From the NCBI GenBank assembly GCA_963717095.1, contig CAVQVF010000005.1:360404-392403 (forward strand): a stretch of DNA of 32,000 bases, written 5' to 3'. The stretch is from an uncultured Alphaproteobacteria bacterium (GTDB lineage Bacteria; Pseudomonadota; Alphaproteobacteria; Rhizobiales; Devosiaceae). The notes under the pieces are model-generated. The model was not told the origin of the DNA and did not search any database. It saw only the letters and a program-made list of their open reading frames with translations. Every line of letters begins with the position of its first letter. The stretch's first letter is position 1. Shown here one piece after another: positions 24,557-32,000 of the stretch. Made by a program: the position numbers and the translations under genes.

Positions 24557-25609
24557 ATGCCGCGCTATGACGCCGGGGAACTGATTGCCTTCGCCGCCGC
24601 CCTGCTGGTTCGCCACGGCATGCAAGCAAACCGCGCGCAGCCTGTAGCCGAGATCCTTGTCGAAGCCGATATGATGGGCCACGACACCCACGGCCTGCAA
24701 TTGCTGCCCGCCTATCTGGCCGATTTGACATCCGGCCGCATGGCCGCCGATGGCGAACCGACCGTGGTCAGCGACCGCGGCGCGGTGGCAGTCTGGGACG
24801 GCGGCTGGCTGAGCGGGGTATGGCTCACCCTGCAGGGGCTGGAAACGGCTGCGGCCAAGGCAAAGGCCTTCGGCATCGGCGCCGTCGCCATCCGGCGCAG
24901 CCATCACATCGCCTGCCTGCAAGCCTATCTGCCCCGCATCACCGAGCAGGGGCTGATGGCCATGATTACCTGTTCGGACCCGTCGGGGGCCTCCGTCGCC
25001 CCCTTCGGCGGGCTCGATGCGGTCTTCACGCCCGATCCAATCGCTCTGGGCATTCCCACCGAGGGCGAACCGATCCTGATCGACATGTCCTCCTCCATCA
25101 CCACCAATGGCATGACCGGACGGCTCGACCGGAACGGCGAGCGGGCAGGGGGCCTGTGGATGCAGGATAGCGAGGGCAGGGCCACCGACGATCCCAAGGT
25201 GCTCAGCCAGGTTCCCCCCGGCACGCTGCTGCCCACCGGCGGCCACGACCACGGCCACAAAGGCTATGGCATGGCGCTGATGGTTGAAGCTCTCTCCCAG
25301 GGCCTGAGCGGCTATAGCCGCGATACCGCGGAAAAACGGTGGGGCGCCGCCACCTTCATCCAGGTCTTCGATCCCGAACTTTTCGCCGGCGCCGGCGCCT
25401 ATCAGGAAACAACTTCGGCCCTGGTCCGCCTCTGCCTGGGCTCGCGCCCCCATCCCGATATGGGCGCCGTACGCATGCCTGGCCAAAAGGCCCTCTCCCG
25501 CCGCCGCGACGCATTGGAAAACGGCGTGCCGCTCATCGATGGCGTGGTCAAAGCCCTCACCAACATTCCCACCCGCGACGGCATCGACCTCCCCACGGCA
25601 CGGCAATAG
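24557..25609 (+). CDS. Ldh_2 family oxidoreductase (malate/L-lactate dehydrogenase family 2; AllD/DpkA/YiaK-like)
   Basis: 350 aa from ATG 24557 (MPRYDAGELIAF). The block EADMMGHDTHGLQLLPAYL is typical of the family. The longer listed ORF (24209) overlaps the amidase and is rejected. Confidence 0.87.
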   Translation: MPRYDAGELIAFAAALLVRHGMQANRAQPVAEILVEADMMGHDTHGLQLLPAYLADLTSGRMAADGEPTVVSDRGAVAVWDGGWLSGVWLTLQGLETAAAKAKAFGIGAVAIRRSHHIACLQAYLPRITEQGLMAMITCSDPSGASVAPFGGLDAVFTPDPIALGIPTEGEPILIDMSSSITTNGMTGRLDRNGERAGGLWMQDSEGRATDDPKVLSQVPPGTLLPTGGHDHGHKGYGMALMVEALSQGLSGYSRDTAEKRWGAATFIQVFDPELFAGAGAYQETTSALVRLCLGSRPHPDMGAVRMPGQKALSRRRDALENGVPLIDGVVKALTNIPTRDGIDLPTARQ

Positions 25610-25652
25610 GCCCGAAACGGGAACCGACTATCACCGATGACCACCACCGACT

Positions 25653-25809
25653 GAGAGCCCCAATCTGATCCCCTCCCCCTTGAGGGGAGGGTTAGGGTGG
25701 GGGTTCTGACCCCTCAGCAGGGTTCATCCAGAGGTATAGGCCTGTTTGAAAGCCCAGAACCCCCACCCTAATCCTCCCCTCAAGGGGGAGGGGACCGATT
25801 GGGGCTCCC
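25653..25809. repeat. REP/MITE-like nested palindromic element, copy 1 (arms about 56 bp, loop about 46 bp)
   Basis: Left arm 25653-25708 is GAGAGCCCCAATCTGATCCCCTCCCCCTTGAGGGGAGGGTTAGGGTGGGGGTTCTG. The right arm 25755-25809 is its near-perfect reverse complement. Each arm contains its own hairpin, CCCCTCCCC-TTGA-GGGGAGGG. The element lies 44 nt after the Ldh_2 stop. Confidence 0.8.
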
Positions 25810-25901
25810 AAAAACCACGGCAAACCAGAATCTCGATTCAGCCTGCCCCTGCTGTACAACCCGAAAATCCAGGTGTGAGGGCCGCCCCCTAGGCTAAACC
25901 G

Positions 25902-25918
25902 CTTATGCTTTCCTTATA
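25902..25918 (+). promoter_or_regulatory. Candidate KdpE (OmpR-family) binding site: direct repeat CTTATG-N5-CTTATA with 11-bp period
   Basis: CTTATG at 25902-25907 and CTTATA at 25913-25918, followed by CCGCCCGCCCG. It resembles the E. coli kdp site as I recall it (TTTATA-N5-TTTACA followed by CCCCGCCCG). A possible -10 TTTAAT lies at 25945-25950, with no good -35. Confidence 0.35.
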
Positions 25919-25993
25919 CCGCCCGCCCGCAATTCATATGGCGATTTAATGCGGTAAAGCGCGATGAACGGCCTTCGGATCATGGAGGCAATC

Positions 25994-26077
25994 ATGCTCG
26001 ATCTCGTCTTTTTACTGTTGGGAGCCGCGCTGTTCCTTGGGCTGGCGCTGTATGCGCGCAGCCTGAACCGGCTGTGA
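25994..26077 (+). CDS. Unlisted 27-aa hydrophobic micro-ORF upstream of kdpF (single predicted TM helix)
   Basis: ATG 25994 preceded by GGAGG with a 5-nt spacer (an in-frame ATG at 25982 is also possible). Translation: MLDLVFLLLGAALFLGLALYARSLNRL. The stop TGA at 26075-26077 overlaps the GAGG SD of kdpF, 8 nt before its ATG. Confidence 0.4.
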   Translation: MLDLVFLLLGAALFLGLALYARSLNRL

Positions 26078-26084
26078 GGCCCAG

Positions 26085-26171
26085 ATGATCATTCCCATCA
26101 TCGCATTCGTGGTGGCGCTCGCGCTCGCCGTCTATCTGCTCGTCACCCTGCTCGCGCCCGAGCGGTTCTGA
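26085..26171 (+). CDS. kdpF: K+-transporting ATPase subunit F
   Basis: 28-aa ORF MIIPIIAFVVALALAVYLLVTLLAPERF. It has the canonical single TM helix plus a C-terminal PE(R/K)F, and sits immediately upstream of kdpA. It is too short for the ORF track. Confidence 0.75.
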   Translation: MIIPIIAFVVALALAVYLLVTLLAPERF

Positions 26172-26189
26172 GCTATTGGAGTTTTTCTC

Positions 26190-27899
26190 ATGTCCTTCAC
26201 CGGCTGGGTACAGATCGCGCTTGTGCTGATCGTCACCCTGCTCACGGTCAAGCCTCTCGGCCTCTATATGGCCAAGGTTTTCTCCGGCGAGCGTAATTTC
26301 CTCTCTCCCGTCCTCGGCCCGGTCGAGCGCGGGTTTTATGCCATCGCCGGGGTCGATCCGAAAAAGGGCCAGGGCTGGCTCGCCTATGTCTTTGGCGTGC
26401 TGCTGTTCTCGCTCGTCGGCTTCGTGCTGCTCTATGCCATTCTGCGCCTGCAAAATGTCTTGCCGTTCAATCCGTTGAACCTGCCGGCCGTGGCGCCGGA
26501 TCTGGCCTTCAACACCGCCATGAGCTTCGTCACCAATACCAATTGGCAGGCTTATAGCGGCGAAAGCACCATGAGCAATTTCAGCCAGATGGTGGGCCTG
26601 ACGGTACAGAACTTCGTCTCCGGCGCCACCGGCGTGGCTGTCGCCATCGCCCTGACGCGCGCCTTTATCGGCTCCGGCGTCAAGGAACTGGGCAATTTCT
26701 GGGTCGATCTGACCCGCGCCACGCTTTACGTGCTGCTGCCACTGGCTATTGTCGTGGCCCTGGTCTTCGTCGCCATGGGCTTGCCGCAAACGCTCACTGC
26801 CGCAACGGCTGCGACGACGCTCGAAGGCGCCAACCAGACCATCGCGCTGGGCCCCGTTGCCAGCCAGGAAGCCATCAAGCAGCTTGGTACCAATGGTGGT
26901 GGCTTCTTCAACGTCAACGCCGCCCATCCGTTCGAAAATCCCAACGCGTTCTCGAACTACCTCAACATTATCTCGATGCTGCTGGTCCCCATGGCGCTGG
27001 CCTTCACTTTCGGCCAACTGGTCGGCAATCGCCGCCAGGGTTGGGCGTTCATCTCCGTCATCCTCATCCTGCTGGTCGTGGGCACCGGTGCCATCTACTG
27101 GGCCGAAACCTATGGCAATCCGCTGGTCAGCGCCTTGGGCGTCGATCCGTCCATGGGCAATATGGAAGGCAAGGAGATTCGCTTCGGCCAGCCCATGACC
27201 GCGCTCTATGCAGCCGTCACCACCGGCATCTCCGATGGCGGCGTCAATGGCATGCTGAGCTCGTTCACCCCCCTGGGTGGTCTCGTGCCGATGTTCTTCA
27301 TCCAGCTCGGCGAAATCCTGCCCGGTGGCACTGGCTCGGGCCTCTATGCGCTGGTGGTCTTCGCCATCCTCGCCGTCTTCATCGCCGGCCTGATGGTGGG
27401 CCGCACGCCCGAATTCCTCGGGAAGAAGATCGAGGCCCGCGAGATGAAATATGCCGTTCTGGCAGTGATCATCCTGCCACTGACCATTCTTGGCTTTACC
27501 TCGATCTCGGTGGTGCTGCCCTTTGGCGTCTCGCAAATCCTGAGCGCCGGGCCGCATGGCCTCTCGGAAATCCTCTACGCCTATACCTCGGCAGCCGGCA
27601 ATAACGGCTCCGCCTTCGCCGGTCTCTCGGCCAATACCCCTTGGTACAATACCACCCTGGGCATTGCCATGCTGCTCGGCCGCTTCGCCTACCTCGTGCC
27701 GGTCCTGGCCATTGCCGGCTCGCTGGCCGCCAAGACCAAGTCGGCGCCTTCCGCCGGCACTTTCCCCACCGATCGGCCGCTCTTCGTCGGCTTGATGATC
27801 GGCGTCATCCTGATCCTGGGCGGGCTGCAATTCTTCCCGGCCCTAGCCCTCGGGCCCATCGTCGAGCACTTCGTCATGCTCGCCGGCCAGACCTTCTGA
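26190..27899 (+). CDS. kdpA: K+-transporting ATPase subunit A (potassium-binding channel-like subunit)
   Basis: 569 aa. N-terminus [34 protein letters not shown] and the [10 protein letters not shown] and TNGGGFF selectivity-filter-like blocks are typical of KdpA. Confidence 0.95.
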   Translation: MSFTGWVQIALVLIVTLLTVKPLGLYMAKVFSGERNFLSPVLGPVERGFYAIAGVDPKKGQGWLAYVFGVLLFSLVGFVLLYAILRLQNVLPFNPLNLPAVAPDLAFNTAMSFVTNTNWQAYSGESTMSNFSQMVGLTVQNFVSGATGVAVAIALTRAFIGSGVKELGNFWVDLTRATLYVLLPLAIVVALVFVAMGLPQTLTAATAATTLEGANQTIALGPVASQEAIKQLGTNGGGFFNVNAAHPFENPNAFSNYLNIISMLLVPMALAFTFGQLVGNRRQGWAFISVILILLVVGTGAIYWAETYGNPLVSALGVDPSMGNMEGKEIRFGQPMTALYAAVTTGISDGGVNGMLSSFTPLGGLVPMFFIQLGEILPGGTGSGLYALVVFAILAVFIAGLMVGRTPEFLGKKIEAREMKYAVLAVIILPLTILGFTSISVVLPFGVSQILSAGPHGLSEILYAYTSAAGNNGSAFAGLSANTPWYNTTLGIAMLLGRFAYLVPVLAIAGSLAAKTKSAPSAGTFPTDRPLFVGLMIGVILILGGLQFFPALALGPIVEHFVMLAGQTF

Positions 27900-27910
27900 G
27901 TGAGATAATC

Positions 27911-29972
27911 ATGTCAACCAAAACAGCCGCTGCTACTTCGCTGTTCGACCCGGCGATCATCTTCCCGGCCCTGCGTGATGCCTTCATCAAGCTCGACCCT
28001 CGCCAACTCCTGCGCAATCCGGTGATTTTTGTCACCGAGGTTGTCGCGGTCCTCGTCACGGGGCTCTGGGTGCAGGAACTGGTCTCCGGCACTGGCTCGC
28101 CTTTGTTCTCGGGCCAGATCGCCATCTGGCTCTGGTTCACCGTGCTCTTCGCCACCTTCGCCGAAGCCGTGGCCGAAGGGCGCGGCAAGGCCCAGGCCGA
28201 AAGCCTCAAGCGCGCCAAGTCCGACCTGTTCGCCAAGCGCCTGAAATTCCCCGAAGACCGGAGCAGGACCGACCACGAGGTCATCCCGGCCGCGTCCCTG
28301 CGCATCGGCGACATCATCTATGTCGAAACGAACGACCTGATCCCCGGTGACGGCGAAATCATCGATGGCGTCGCCTCGGTCAACGAAAGCGCCATCACCG
28401 GTGAATCCGCCCCGGTAATCCGTGAATCGGGTGGCGACCGTTCTGCCGTCACCGGCGGTACCCAGGTCATCTCCGATTGGCTGAAAATCCGCATCACCAC
28501 CAAGCCCGGCGAAACCTTCGTCGACCGCATGATCGCGCTGATCGAAGGCGCCAAGCGCCAGAAAACCCCCAACGAGATCGCGCTATCGATCCTGCTGTCG
28601 GGCCTGACGCTGATCTTCCTCATCGCCGTGGTCACGCTCTACGGGCTCGCCGCCTATTCCGGCACCGACCTGTCCGCCGTCGTCCTGGCCGCCCTTCTGG
28701 TGACGCTGATCCCCACCACCATCGGCGGGCTGCTCTCGGCCATCGGTATTGCCGGCATGGATCGGCTGATCCGCTTCAACGTCATCGCCACCTCCGGCCG
28801 CTCGGTCGAAGCAGCCGGCGACGTCGATACCCTGCTGCTCGATAAGACCGGCACCATCACCTACGGCAACCGCATGGCCACCGAGTTCCTGCCGGTGGCA
28901 GGCGTCGCCGAACGCGATCTCGCCGAAGCCGTGCTGCTCGCCAGCCTTGCCGACGAAACCGCCGAAGGCCGCTCCATCGTGGCGCTCGCCAAAGCCGATT
29001 TCGGCCTGTCCGAACCGTCCATCACTGGCAAGGGGACGACCAGCATCCCCTTCACCGCCCAGACCCGCATCTCCGGCATCGATATCGAAGGCCGCCAGAT
29101 CCGCAAGGGCGCCATCGACTCGGTTCTCAAGTTCGCCGGTCTCACTCGTGACGACGCTCCGCGCGAATTCCTCGCCGCCGTCGATAAGGTCGCCCGCACT
29201 GGCGGCACGCCGCTTGGCGTCGCCGATAGCGGCCGCCTGCTCGGCGTCGTCCACCTCAAGGACGTGGTCAAGCCCGGCATCAAGGAGCGTTTCGCCGCTC
29301 TGCGCGCCATGGGCATCAAGACGGTGATGGTCACCGGCGACAACCCGGTCACCGCCGCCGCCATCGCCTCGGAAGCCGGCGTCGATGACTTCATCGCCGA
29401 AGCCACGCCCGAACAGAAGCTCGACTATATCCGCAAGGAACAGGTCGGCGGCCGCCTCATCGCCATGTGCGGCGACGGCACCAATGACGCGCCCGCTCTT
29501 GGCCCAGGCCGACGTTGGCGTGGCCATGCAGACCGGCACCCAGGCCGCCCGCGAGGCCGGCAACATGGTGGATCTGGACTCCAGCCCCACCAAGCTCATC
29601 GAGATCGTCGAGATCGGCAAACAGATCCTGATGACGCGTGGCTCGCTGACCACCTTCTCCATCGCCAACGATGTGGCCAAATACTTCGCCATCATCCCGG
29701 CTTTGTTCCTGGTGACCTATCCCCAGCTTGGCGCGCTCAACATCATGGGCCTGCACAGCCCGCAATCGGCGATCCTGTCGGCGGTTATCTTCAATGCCCT
29801 GATCATCATCGCATTGATCCCGCTGGCCCTGCGCGGCGTCAAATACCGCCCCGTCGGCGCCGCCGCCCTGCTGTCGCGCAACCTGCTGATCTACGGTGTC
29901 GGTGGCCTCATCGCCCCCTTCATCTTCATCAAGCTGATCGACATGATCATCACCGCGATCGGGATCATCTGA
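27911..29972 (+). pseudogene. kdpB: kdpB (P-type ATPase catalytic subunit) interrupted by a 1-nt insertion at 29501/29502
   Basis: The span is 2062 nt (3n+1). Frame A runs 27911-29500 and encodes [10 protein letters not shown]...[10 protein letters not shown]...[12 protein letters not shown]. After CTT G GCC the conserved continuation [47 protein letters not shown]...ends at TGA 29970-29972 in the +1 frame. Without correction, frame A reads Arg/Pro/Gly-rich junk to 30010. Confidence 0.9.
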
Positions 29973-29994
29973 TGTCACGGAGTTATCCACGCCG

Positions 29995-30115
29995 CCTCCC
30001 TCCTCCTTGAGGGGAGGGATCGAGGGTGGGGGTTCTGCAGTCTCAGTCGAGCACCAAGTTTGCTGAGACACCAGAACCCCCACCCTAACCCTCCCCTCAA
30101 AGGGGGAGGGGATTG
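29995..30115. repeat. REP/MITE-like nested palindromic element, copy 2, in the kdpB-kdpC spacer
   Basis: Left arm 29995-30037 is CCTCCCTCCTCCTTGAGGGGAGGGATCGAGGGTGGGGGTTCTG. Right arm 30072-30115 is CAGAACCCCCACCCTAACCCTCCCCTCAAAGGGGGAGGGGATTG. The arms are homologous to copy 1. The loop has its own stem, GTCTCAG...CTGAGAC. Confidence 0.8.
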
Positions 30116-30165
30116 CTCCGGTGAACTTTGCTTCATCGCGCCATACCCAATTTCAGGAGCCCACC

Positions 30166-30729
30166 ATGCTCAGCCAACTCCGCCCCGCCATCGCGCTCAC
30201 CATCATCTTCACCCTGCTGCTCGGCCTGGCCTATCCCCTCGCCATCACCGGCGTTGCCGGTGCGGTCTTCCCGGCCAAGGCCCAGGGCAGTCTCATCGAA
30301 AAGGACGGTGTCGTCATCGGCTCGTCCCTGATCGGCCAGAACTTCACCAGCGACACCTATTTCTGGCCACGTCCCTCCGCCACCGGACCAGACCCCTATA
30401 ATGCCTCCGGTTCCACCGGCTCCAACTATGCCCCCACCTCGGCGGCCCTGATGGAGCGCATCAAGGGTTCCGTGGCCGCACTAGGCCAAACCACCCCGGT
30501 TCCCGCCGATGCGGTGACTGCTTCGGGCTCGGGCCTCGACCCCGATATCTCGCCCGCCTATGCCGCCCTGCAGATCGCCCGCGTCGCCACGGCTCGCGGT
30601 CTCGACCCTGCCGCCGTCACGACCTTGGTTGCCTCTGGCACCGACCAGCCAATCCTGGGTATATTCGGCGAACCGCGTGTTAATGTTCTTGCTCTCAACT
30701 TGGCGTTGGACGCGCTGCCAACCAACTAG
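30166..30729 (+). CDS. kdpC: K+-transporting ATPase subunit C
   Basis: 187 aa from ATG 30166, with CAGGAG SD at 30154-30159. N-terminal TM helix MLSQLRPAIALTIIFTLLLGLAYPL, plus typical SGSGLDPDISP and EPRVNVLALNLAL blocks. The GTG at 30121 used by the track lies next to the repeat and is rejected. Confidence 0.92.
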   Translation: MLSQLRPAIALTIIFTLLLGLAYPLAITGVAGAVFPAKAQGSLIEKDGVVIGSSLIGQNFTSDTYFWPRPSATGPDPYNASGSTGSNYAPTSAALMERIKGSVAALGQTTPVPADAVTASGSGLDPDISPAYAALQIARVATARGLDPAAVTTLVASGTDQPILGIFGEPRVNVLALNLALDALPTN

Positions 30730-30736
30730 GACCGCA

Positions 30737-32000
30737 ATGGCCCGAACTGCCGATACCAGGCCAGATCCAATGGCCCTTCTTGAGCTTGCCGCTGGCGAAG
30801 GCCGTGGCAAGCTCACGATTTTTCTCGGCGCCGCGCCCGGCGTCGGCAAGACCTATGCCATGCTTGCCCGTGCTGCCCGCCTCAAGGCCGAAGGCACCGA
30901 TATAGTCGTCGGCCTGGTCGAAACCCACGGCCGCAGCGAAACCTCGCAATTGCTCGACGGTCTCGATATCCTGCCCCGGCGCAAGATTGCCCGCGATGCC
31001 GAACTTTACGGCGAGTTCGATCTGGACGCGGCCCTCGCGCGCAAGCCCGCCATCATCATCGTCGATGAACTGGCCCACACCAACGATGCCGACGCGCGCC
31101 ACCCCAAGCGCTATCAGGACATTGCCGAGCTGGTTGGCGCCGGCATCAACGTCTGGACTGCGCTCAATGTGCAGCACCTTGAAAGCCTTGCCGATCTGGT
31201 GACCCAGATTACCGGCGTGCCGGTGCGCGAAACCGTTCCCGACGTGGTGCTGCAACGGGCCGATGAAGTCGTGCTCGTCGATCTTCCCCCGGCCGAACTG
31301 ATCGCCCGCCTGCATGAGGGCAAGGTCTATCTGCCCGCCAATGCCAAGCGTGCCGCCGATGGCTTTTTCAAGCCCTCCAACCTCACCGCCTTGCGTGAAC
31401 TGGCCTTGCGTCGCGCCGCCGACCGCGTCGATGACCAGATGGTCGATATCCTGCGCCAGCAGGCCGTCGAAGGTCCCTGGGCCACCGCCGAGCGCCTCCT
31501 GGTCTGCGTTGGTCCCGACCAGCTCTCCCAAAGCGTCGTGCGCACCGCCTCGCGCCTCGCCACCGGTCTCAACGCCCGCTGGATGGTGGTCTCGCTCGCC
31601 CGCACCAATGCCGCCACGCCCGATGCCGAAAGCGCCTCGCGCCTCGAAGCGACGCTCGCCCTTGCCGAACGGCTCGGTGGCGAAATCCGCCGCCTCACCG
31701 CCGATGACTACGTCACCGAAATCATTCGCCTGGCGCGCAAGGAAAACGTCACCCAGATCGTTATCGGCCGGCCCAAGGCCAGGCTGCGCGATCGCCTCTT
31801 CACCCGCTCCTTGCCCGATGCCCTGATGCGCTCTGCCGGTGATATCGGCATTTACCTGGTCCCCGGCGACGCTGCAAAGCCTCGGCGTCCAACTTTCCTG
31901 CGCCGCCGTACCCCGCCCGAATGGGTACAAACCGTCGTCATTCCCACGCTGTCCGTCGTCGCGATCACCATGATCGGCAAGGGGCTCTCCCAGGTCGTCG
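30737..32000 (+). CDS. kdpD: Sensor histidine kinase KdpD, N-terminal part (3' end outside the window)
   Basis: Not in the ORF track because there is no stop before the window end. My own translation from ATG 30737 is open to 32000: MARTADTRPDPMALLELAAGEGRGKLTIFLGAAPGVGKTYAML...VDELAHTN...NVQHLESL. That gives a KdpD N-terminal P-loop domain, a Usp-like domain and the start of the TM region. Confidence 0.92.
   Translation, partial: MARTADTRPDPMALLELAAGEGRGKLTIFLGAAPGVGKTYAMLARAARLKAEGTDIVVGLVETHGRSETSQLLDGLDILPRRKIARDAELYGEFDLDAALARKPAIIIVDELAHTNDADARHPKRYQDIAELVGAGINVWTALNVQHLESLADLVTQITGVPVRETVPDVVLQRADEVVLVDLPPAELIARLHEGKVYLPANAKRAADGFFKPSNLTALRELALRRAADRVDDQMVDILRQQAVEGPWATAERLLVCVGPDQLSQSVVRTASRLATGLNARWMVVSLARTNAATPDAESASRLEATLALAERLGGEIRRLTADDYVTEIIRLARKENVTQIVIGRPKARLRDRLFTRSLPDALMRSAGDIGIYLVPGDAAKPRRPTFLRRRTPPEWVQTVVIPTLSVVAITMIGKGLSQVV

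Noticed and set aside
25992-27830. 612-aa minus-strand ORF covering the kdpA region
   Set aside because: It is antisense to an unmistakable kdpA. The product is low-complexity (G/D/E/R/A/Q/H-rich) with no recognisable domain, a typical shadow ORF of a high-GC gene.
29495-29505. Programmed +1 ribosomal frameshift at CUU G in kdpB (by analogy with the prfB CUU UGA site)
   Set aside because: There is no slow or stop codon in the A site (GGC is common here) and no SD-like stimulator at the right distance. Re-pairing of tRNA-Leu from CUU to UUG would also be poor. No kdpB is known to need recoding, so mutation or sequencing error is far more likely.
25653-30115. Possibility that the repeated palindromes are a CRISPR array
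   Set aside because: There are only two inverted pairs, 4.2 kb apart and separated by intact genes. There is no regular repeat-spacer periodicity and no cas genes.
30060-30401. 113-aa ORF (MLRHQNPHPNPPLKGGGD...), and the GTG 30121 start for kdpC
   Set aside because: The ORF is generated by the palindromic repeat and an alternate frame of kdpC. The kdpC family N-terminus and the CAGGAG SD fit ATG 30166.
1-32000. Looked for tRNA/rRNA genes, transposases, integrases, phage genes, toxin-antitoxin pairs and known defence-system signatures
   Set aside because: None was recognised on either strand. Coding density, uniform high GC and metabolic gene content argue for core or accessory metabolic chromosome rather than a mobile or defence island. 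This is by eye only; a proper tRNAscan, Rfam and HMM pass would be needed to be sure.

Overview
This is a high-GC, densely coding chromosomal window that looks alphaproteobacterial (Hyphomicrobiales-like gene content; inference only). I saw no rRNA, tRNA, CRISPR, transposase, integrase or recognisable defence genes. All family calls come from reading the translations; no search was run.

The window has four blocks:

- **(A) 1-5597:** a 5'-truncated TcuA-like flavoprotein, then an Fbp/Afu-type ABC importer (binding protein, fused double permease, ATPase).
- **(B) 5841-16458:** an unsaturated-uronate salvage locus. It holds kduD, kduI, a CUT1-type sugar ABC importer, an MR-subgroup enolase-superfamily enzyme, a GntR regulator next to the MalK/UgpC-type ATPase, a LacI regulator, and a GH88 unsaturated glucuronyl hydrolase without a signal peptide. 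No polysaccharide lyase is present.
- **(C) 16578-25609:** a nine-gene, translationally coupled operon that fits no pathway I know. It encodes a family III CoA-transferase, a MaoC hydratase, an LsrB-like sugar ABC importer, an unlisted 64-aa GatC/AtzG-like protein, an amidase-signature enzyme and an Ldh_2 oxidoreductase. It diverges from GH88 across a 119-bp spacer carrying a perfect 16-bp LacI-type palindrome. This is my best candidate for an undescribed catabolic system.
- **(D) 25982-32000:** the kdp locus (extra micro-ORF, kdpF, kdpA, kdpB, kdpC, partial kdpD). kdpB carries a 1-nt insertion exactly at the [10 protein letters not shown] hinge motif. A nested-palindrome REP/MITE-like element occurs twice, once upstream of the kdp promoter and once between kdpB and kdpC.
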